From the NCBI GenBank assembly GCA_965204535.1, contig CBDBEV010000001.1, positions 192,001 through 256,000 of the forward strand: 64,000 nt of DNA, in the 5' to 3' direction. Numbering within the stretch: the first letter of the stretch is position 1; every line of letters begins with the position of its first letter. Under the pieces are notes generated by a model. The model did no database searches, was not told the DNA's origin, and was given only the letters and a program-made list of their open reading frames with translations. This document shows, piece after piece, positions 56,719-64,000 of this stretch. Both the position numbers and the translations under genes were made by a program. This DNA is from a bacterium (lineage in GTDB: Bacteria > UBA8248).

Positions 56719-57873
56719 CTACGCCATATCCACCCAGCCGCCCTCTTGCGCGCTTTTGAGACACGCCTCGGCGAGTCGCACATCGCGGATGCCGGCGGAG
56801 AGATCGGCGTAGAATGGCTCATCGCCCGCCACGTGGCGGATGAAGCGCTCCCAGCCGTAGCGATAGGGATTTTTATATGGCGCGGTGTCGAGTTCTTCTT
56901 CCCAATTTTCGCGGTAATCCACCGAGACGTCCATCGTGTCCGCGTCGCGGCCCATCAGGAAACCGCGCACCATGGGCGTATCGCCCGCCGCCTGCTTCCA
57001 GCAGCGTCTGAGACCCGCCACCGCGGAGCCGCCCGTTCCATCCACCTGGAAGGTCACCAGATCCTCACGCCAAACCCGGGTGGACCATGAACTCAGGATC
57101 GCGCCGCGAGCCCCGCTTTCTAGTTCCAGAAGCGTGTGCGCGTTATCCTCTACGTCGACGCGGAAGCGCTCCCCCGCCTCGTCGGCGCGCTCGGTCTGGC
57201 CCGTCCAGGAGAGCGCCGCCACGCGCGCAATCGGCCCCAGAGTTCCCTCCACGACGTAGCGCCAGTGCGGGTGCATGTCCGAGATGAGCCCGCCGCCGCC
57301 CGCCTTCCGGTAGTTCCAGCTCGGGCGCTGGCATTCCGCCTCGACCCCGTCGAACACCCACCAGCCGAAGTTGATCTGAAAACCAATGACGCGGCCCAGA
57401 AAACCGCTCTCCACCACCCGGCGAAGTTTCAAAAACCCCGGCAGGAAGAGCTTGTCTTCCACCGCGCCGTGTTTGAGGCCCCCCGCCTGCGCGGCGCGAA
57501 GAAGCGCCATCCCTTCCTGAACGCTGGGTGCAACGGGTTTTTCGGTATAGATGTGTTTCCCGGCGGCGATGGCGCGTTTTAATACGCCCGCCCGCAAGTG
57601 CGTCGCCGCCGCGTCGAAGAAGACGGGATATGCAGCGTTCTCAAGCGCCGCATCGAGGTCGGTCGTCCAGTCGAGGCCGCCGTGTTCGGCCGCCAGCTTC
57701 GCGAGGCGCTCCTCGTTCCTGCCGACGAGCAGGGGCTTCGGGAGGATTCTCTCGCCCCTCAAGTCGAGGCCGCCCTCGGCGATGATAGGTACGAGCGAGT
57801 TTCTCAAATGCTGGAAGGAGGCGATGCCGCCCGTCGCCCCGTGTAGAATGATCCCCAACTCCCGCGTCGCCAT
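56719..57873 (-). CDS. Gfo/Idh/MocA-family oxidoreductase
   Basis: GKHIYTEKP, DKLFLPG, QRPSWNYRK, DMHPHWRYV. Confidence 0.87.
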   Translation of the reverse strand: MATRELGIILHGATGGIASFQHLRNSLVPIIAEGGLDLRGERILPKPLLVGRNEERLAKLAAEHGGLDWTTDLDAALENAAYPVFFDAAATHLRAGVLKRAIAAGKHIYTEKPVAPSVQEGMALLRAAQAGGLKHGAVEDKLFLPGFLKLRRVVESGFLGRVIGFQINFGWWVFDGVEAECQRPSWNYRKAGGGGLISDMHPHWRYVVEGTLGPIARVAALSWTGQTERADEAGERFRVDVEDNAHTLLELESGARGAILSSWSTRVWREDLVTFQVDGTGGSAVAGLRRCWKQAAGDTPMVRGFLMGRDADTMDVSVDYRENWEEELDTAPYKNPYRYGWERFIRHVAGDEPFYADLSAGIRDVRLAEACLKSAQEGGWVDMA

Positions 57874-57915
57874 GTTTTTGCTCAGCCCCACGCTCAAAAT
57901 GTATCGAGAACGTCC

Positions 57916-59046
57916 CTATGCCTCTAAACCCGCCATCAACTCCGCGGGATCGATGGGCAGCTTCAACTCCTCGCCGCGCTTGGCCGAGAGGTCCATCGCC
58001 ATGGTCAGCACCAGATTGCGGTGCCCCTCGGCGGCGGTCGCATGGGGGGTGCGCTTGTCCGAATAAATCCGCTGGAACCATGAATTGGTCTCCTCGCGCA
58101 TGGGGCCCCAGAGTTCTCCGTCATACATGTCGCCCGGCGGGAAGCTGGTGAGGAAGTCGACGTTCCGCCGCGCTTCCAGGTCAAGATCCTCCGGATTGTA
58201 GGCGGGTCCCTGCGAAAATTCAGACGCCATCACCACGTCGCGGTGCGTGTCCTCGATGTCCACCACGCCCTTCGTGCCCACGATGCCGATTTCGAGCCCG
58301 TACACCGCGCCGGGCCACTCCTTGGGCAGCGCCCAGCAGATGTTCATGCTCCAGATAGCGCCGCTATCCATCGTGAACACGCCGAAGGTGGCGTCCTTGG
58401 TGCCGAGATCGCTCAATATGCCCTCCGTCGAGCGCGCATAGAGGGAGACCGGCTTGGCGTCCCCCATCAGCCACAGGCACATGTCGAGGCTATGGGTGCC
58501 GGAGACGACCATGGGCGTCAGGAACCGGCGGTCCTGCGAGAGGCGGACTTCTCCGGTCGGCGCCATGCGGTTCATGAAGGCGCGCGTGACCGCCGCCGTG
58601 ACGTCGCCGATCTGGCCGTTATCGACGCGGTCCTTCACGGCGAGGAAACGCCTGCGAAAACGCTGTGTGTAGCCGACGACGGCGTCCACGCCGGCAGATT
58701 CTATCGCCGCGAGCACGGAGGCCGACTCGCGCGCGTCCGTCGCGAGCGGTTTTTCGATCAGCATGGGCAGGCCCCGCTCCACCGCGGCGAGCGTGGGTTC
58801 GACGTGCGCCCAGGTCGAGGTGGCGATGATCGCCGCATCCACCTCGGGCCGGGCGATAAGTTCGTGGAAATCGGCCGTGAAGTAATCGGCTCCGATGTCT
58901 TCTTTGAGATTCCGCCCGACCTTCTCGTTCATGTCGGAGAGGCCGATCCAGCCGATTCCGGGGAAATCTCTGGCCAGCGCGCCCCGCATGCGCCCCACGA
59001 CCCCGCAGCCGACGATGGCCAGCCCCAGTTCTTTTTTGTCCGCCAT
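57916..59046 (-). CDS. Gfo/Idh/MocA-family oxidoreductase
   Basis: VGCGVVG, IEKPLA, GYTQRF, GTHSLD. Confidence 0.87.
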   Translation of the reverse strand: MADKKELGLAIVGCGVVGRMRGALARDFPGIGWIGLSDMNEKVGRNLKEDIGADYFTADFHELIARPEVDAAIIATSTWAHVEPTLAAVERGLPMLIEKPLATDARESASVLAAIESAGVDAVVGYTQRFRRRFLAVKDRVDNGQIGDVTAAVTRAFMNRMAPTGEVRLSQDRRFLTPMVVSGTHSLDMCLWLMGDAKPVSLYARSTEGILSDLGTKDATFGVFTMDSGAIWSMNICWALPKEWPGAVYGLEIGIVGTKGVVDIEDTHRDVVMASEFSQGPAYNPEDLDLEARRNVDFLTSFPPGDMYDGELWGPMREETNSWFQRIYSDKRTPHATAAEGHRNLVLTMAMDLSAKRGEELKLPIDPAELMAGLEA

Positions 59047-59107
59047 TCCTGTTCCTTTCACTTTTGAAAATTATGTCTCTATGACTTCGCGTATGTAACT
59101 GACAAGT

Positions 59108-59131
59108 AAAAAGCCGCGGAGACCCCGCGGC
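59108..59131 (-). terminator. Intrinsic terminator after the tRNA
   Basis: Minus strand GCCGCGG-GGTCT-CCGCGGC-TTTTT. Confidence 0.75.
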
Positions 59132-59142
59132 CGTTATTCGCT

Positions 59143-59219
<77 letters not shown>

Positions 59220-59230
59220 TCAATATGTGT

Positions 59231-59259
59231 TATCTACTCCCGCACGGGCATTCTGTCAA
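59231..59259 (-). promoter_or_regulatory. Sigma70-type promoter for the tRNA
   Basis: TTGACA-17 nt-TAGATA on the minus strand just upstream of the tRNA. Confidence 0.7.
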
Positions 59260-59323
59260 GGAGAGGGAGTTCTTCCAGGAATGCAAGGATGCTACTTGGC
59301 GCCAAGGAAACGATAATGATGAA

Positions 59324-59647
59324 TTATTTTTTCGAGGGAATGAACTCGTAGACGACTTCGCCTTTCTTCACGAGCCCTAAGTCTTCTCGCGCGATTTTCT
59401 CGATAGCGCGCTCATCGGAGCGCAAAGAGCGAATCTCCGCGCGCAACTCCTTGTTCTTCGCCTCGATTTCCGCGTTCTCTTTCTTGAGTTCGGACACGCG
59501 CTCTTTGTTCACGATGACGGCGAGATACCCGTCCCGGCCCAGCAAGGCGGAGCCGAGCAGCAAGACGATGACGCCCGCGCACATCCAGAAGAAGAGTCTG
59601 GCTTTCGGGGATTGGCCCTTGGTGGATGATCGTCCTGCTTTTCGCAT
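59324..59647 (-). CDS. ftsB: Septum formation initiator (FtsB/DivIC)
   Basis: Single TM, coiled coil, IEKIAREDLGLVKKGE. Confidence 0.87.
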   Translation of the reverse strand: MRKAGRSSTKGQSPKARLFFWMCAGVIVLLLGSALLGRDGYLAVIVNKERVSELKKENAEIEAKNKELRAEIRSLRSDERAIEKIAREDLGLVKKGEVVYEFIPSKK

Positions 59648-59682
59648 CGCGCTCAGACTCCGAGGCGCGCGAGCCTCATCGA

Positions 59683-60962
<1,280 letters not shown>

Positions 60963-60966
<4 letters not shown>

Positions 60967-61820
60967 GAGATGTATTTTCCAATCAGGTGGCTCAGGCGTT
61001 CTTTCGTCTCATCCGGCATGCGGGCCGGGTCGGTCATGAGGGCCGTCGCCAATGAGCCTGCGTAGGGGCTCTCACCGTCGATCTCGGGCACCGCTTCCTT
61101 GATGATCTCCTGCGCGAGGGCCGCGTTGCTCATCACCTGGGCGATCACGGCCTCCACGCTCACCGCCTCTTCCTCCTCGTGCCAGCAGTCATAATCGGTC
61201 GCCAGCGCGATGGTGGCGTAGCTCATCTCCGCCTCGCGCGCGAGCTTGGCCTCGGGCATGTTCGTCATCCCGATGACAGAAGCGCCCCAGGCGCGGTAGC
61301 GGAAACTCTCCGCCCGGCTGCTGAACTGGGGACCCTCCATGCAGACGTACGCCCCGCCCGCGTGCGCCGTCGCGCCCGCCCGGAGGGCCGCTCCCATCAG
61401 TACCCCGCTCAATGCCCCGCATACCGGGTCCGCCATGGAAACGTGGGCCACGACGCCGTCGCCGAAAAACGTGGCTATGCGCGTCCTGGTGAGGTCGATG
61501 AACTGGTCGGGAATCACGATGTCGCCCGGATGAATGTTTTCTTTCAGGCTGCCCACCGCGCTGACGGATATGAGCCACTCCACGCCCAGTTGCTTGAACC
61601 CGTGGATGTTGGCGCGGAAGGGGATCTCATGCGGCAGATATACGTGCCCGCGCCCATGCCGGGGCAGAAACGCGACCCGCTTGCCGGAGAGCGTCCCCAG
61701 AACGTAGGGGGCCGAGGGCGCGCCGTAGGGCGTATCGAGCGCGCGTTCTTCCACATCGCCCAGTTCCGCCATCTCGTAGAGGCCGCTGCCGCCGATGACT
61801 CCGATATTCACTTCAGACAC
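60963..61820 (-). CDS. mtnP: S-methyl-5'-thioadenosine phosphorylase
   Basis: [47 protein letters not shown]. Confidence 0.92.
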
Positions 61821-61840
61821 TTAAATAACCTCGTTCGACA

Positions 61841-62851
61841 TCATTTCACCGGGGCCGCCCGGAGCATTCCCTTCTCTATCAGCGCCTCGGCTATCTGCAC
61901 CGCGTTCAGCGCGGCGCCTTTCCTCAGGTTATCGGCCACCACCCACAGGTTGAGGGTGTTTTCGCGGGAATCATCCCGGCGGATGCGGCCGACATACACC
62001 GGGTCTTCTCCGTCCGCGTCCTTGGGCATGGGATAGGAGAACGATTCCACGTCGTCCACCACCTCCACGCCCGGCGCGCGCGCCAGAAGCGCCCGCGCCT
62101 CCTCGGGAGATACGGACCGCTCGAACTCGACGTTCACCGATTCCGAATGCGCGTTGTAAACGGGCACCCGCACGCACGTGGCGCTGACAGCCAGATGAGG
62201 CGCGCCCATGATCTTCCGCGTCTCATCGACCATCTTCTTCTCTTCTTTCGTATGCCCGCCCTCTAAAAAGACGTCGATATGGGGCAGGCAGTTGAAGGCG
62301 ATCTCATGGGGCATTTTCTCAGGCGCCGAGGCGTCGCCCTCGACTTGCGCCTGCATCTCGTCTATGGCGGCCTGCCCCGCCCCGCTCACCGCCTGGTAGG
62401 TGCTCACCACGACTCGCCTGATGCGGGCGGCGTCGTGCAGGGGCTTGAGCGCCACCACGAGCTGGATGGTGGAGCAGTTCGGGTTCGCGATGATCCCCTG
62501 GTGCGCGGCCATCGCGTCCGGGTTCACCTCCGGCACCACGAGGGGAACGCCCTCATCCATGCGGAAAGCGCTGGAATTATCCACCACCACCGCCCCCGCC
62601 TTGACGGCCGCGGGCGCAAATTCCAGAGACCGCGAAGCGCCGCAGGAGAAAAGCGCCAGGTCCACGCCACAGAACGCATCCTGCGTGAGCCGGCTCACCG
62701 CAAGCTCCGAGTCACGAAACGGGATTTTCCGGCCTTCACTGCGCTCGCTCGCGAGCAAATCGACCTCATCGGCGGGAAACTTGCGCTCCTCCAAAATCCT
62801 GAGCATCTCCCGGCCCACGGCGCCCGTGGCGCCGGCGACGGCGACACGCAT
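61841..62851 (-). CDS. asd: Aspartate-semialdehyde dehydrogenase
   Basis: GATGAVG, DNSSAFRM, ANPNCST, STYQAVSGAG, CVRVPV, DNLRKGAALN. Confidence 0.95.
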   Translation of the reverse strand: MRVAVAGATGAVGREMLRILEERKFPADEVDLLASERSEGRKIPFRDSELAVSRLTQDAFCGVDLALFSCGASRSLEFAPAAVKAGAVVVDNSSAFRMDEGVPLVVPEVNPDAMAAHQGIIANPNCSTIQLVVALKPLHDAARIRRVVVSTYQAVSGAGQAAIDEMQAQVEGDASAPEKMPHEIAFNCLPHIDVFLEGGHTKEEKKMVDETRKIMGAPHLAVSATCVRVPVYNAHSESVNVEFERSVSPEEARALLARAPGVEVVDDVESFSYPMPKDADGEDPVYVGRIRRDDSRENTLNLWVVADNLRKGAALNAVQIAEALIEKGMLRAAPVK

Positions 62852-63939
62852 CACGAGGCTCCGCCCGCGAGAGCAGCGATTCGCTCGCCCATCTCGGCAC
62901 AACCCACCGCAGTGGCGCCCGGCGTGTGGATGTCGGACGTTCTGAGGCCCTCATCGAGCGCCCCGGCCACGGCCGCCTCGATGGCTTCGGCCACGTCCAC
63001 GCGCTTTAACGAATAGCGGCACAGCATGGCGGCCGACATGATGGCCGCAATCGGGTTCGCCTTGTCCTGGCCCGCGATGTCGGGCGCCGTGCCGTGCACC
63101 GGCTCGTACAAGCCGAAGCCCGTCTCGTTCACGTTCGCCGAGGCGAGCATGCCGATGGAGCCCGTGAGCATGGAGGCGCAGTCGCTCAGGATGTCGCCGA
63201 ACATGTTGCCCGTGACGATGACGTCGAATTGCAGCGGGTCGCGAATCAACTGCATCGCCGCGTTGTCGACGTACATGTGGCTGGTTTCGACTTCCGGGAA
63301 CTCACCGGCGACGTCCCCGGCGACCTTTCGCCACAGGCGGCCGTTATCGAGAACGTTCTCCTTGTCCACCGAGCAGAGTTTTTTCCCGCGTACGGAGGCC
63401 AACTCGTACGCGAGCCGAACGATTTGGCGAATCTCGCCCGTAGTGTACGTCATCGTGTCGACCGCTTTTTCCTCATCCGCTGAGAGCCGCTCGATGCCCC
63501 TCGGCTGGCCGAAATATATGCCGCTCACGCCCTCGCGCACGACGAGCATGTCGAGGCCGCGCACCACCTCGGGCTTGAGGGATGAGGCTTCCACCAGCGG
63601 GTCGAACATGACGGCGGGCCTCAGATTGGCGAAGAGGTTCAGCTCTTTCCGCAAACCCAGGATGGCCTGCTCGGGGCGTTTGTCGCGAGAAAGTTCATCC
63701 CACCGGGGACCTCCCACGGCGCCGAACAGCCCGGCGTCGCTCCTGCGGCAGAGGGCGAGGGTTTCCTCGGGCAGGGGTTCACCCGTCGCGTCATAAGCCG
63801 CGCCGCCGCAAAGGCCTTCTTCGAACTCGAAACTCACGCCGAAGCGAGCGCCCGCCGCCTCCAGGGCCGAACGCGCCTGCGCCGTCACTTCCTGGCCGAT
63901 GCCGTCGCCCGGCAATACGGCTATCTGGTAACTGCTCAC
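62851..63939 (-). CDS. leuB: 3-isopropylmalate dehydrogenase
   Basis: LPGDGIGQEV, ANLRP, VDKENV, NMFGDILSD, EPVHGTAPDIAG. Confidence 0.93.
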   Translation of the reverse strand: MSSYQIAVLPGDGIGQEVTAQARSALEAAGARFGVSFEFEEGLCGGAAYDATGEPLPEETLALCRRSDAGLFGAVGGPRWDELSRDKRPEQAILGLRKELNLFANLRPAVMFDPLVEASSLKPEVVRGLDMLVVREGVSGIYFGQPRGIERLSADEEKAVDTMTYTTGEIRQIVRLAYELASVRGKKLCSVDKENVLDNGRLWRKVAGDVAGEFPEVETSHMYVDNAAMQLIRDPLQFDVIVTGNMFGDILSDCASMLTGSIGMLASANVNETGFGLYEPVHGTAPDIAGQDKANPIAAIMSAAMLCRYSLKRVDVAEAIEAAVAGALDEGLRTSDIHTPGATAVGCAEMGERIAALAGGAS

Positions 63940-63954
63940 TGAAAACTCCTCTCT

Positions 63955-64000
63955 TTATTGCGCTTCGCTCTCGAAATTCGTGACGTAAGGCAGACTCGCG
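63955..64000 (-). CDS. 3' end of an upstream gene (partial, unidentified)
   Basis: Minus frame ...ASLPYVTNFESEAQ* ending 15 nt before leuB. Confidence 0.35.
   Translation of the reverse strand, partial: ASLPYVTNFESEAQ

Overview
GC-rich bacterial chromosomal window, densely coding, with no CRISPR array, integrase or transposase. Left to right: a truncated EamA transporter and prpE-like acyl-CoA ligase; a Zur-controlled znuA / zur-znuC-znuB locus; then a ~7.2 kb cassette (LbtU-like porin, DsrE/SaoD-like protein, two COG0523 GTPases, Cys-tailed flavoprotein, small membrane protein, WD40 protein) bracketed by a duplicated znuA 3' end. A long accessory catabolic region follows: M24, ThrC-like, AzlCD, creatininase, UxaA-like, M20, an NsrR-truncated globin-DUF1971 operon, a luciferase-like/F420 operon containing an apparent CxxU selenoprotein of the AhpD/CMD family, TSUP and ABC parts, cupins, Rieske protein, enolase-family enzyme, amidohydrolase, three amidases, a BisC-like Mo enzyme followed by a three-domain Rid protein, and a class III aminotransferase. 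The window ends in housekeeping genes (trmL, tRNA-fMet, ftsB, hemL, mtnP, asd, leuB). Intergenic spaces carry several palindromic repeat families, often nested inside MITE-like elements with GGGGYTGTTGAAAAA ends. Best leads: the Sec-AhpD/LLM operon, the znuA-anchored zinc-starvation cassette, the Rieske/amidohydrolase oxygenase candidate and the Mo enzyme/triple-Rid pair. All family calls come from motif recognition by eye; no database searches were run.
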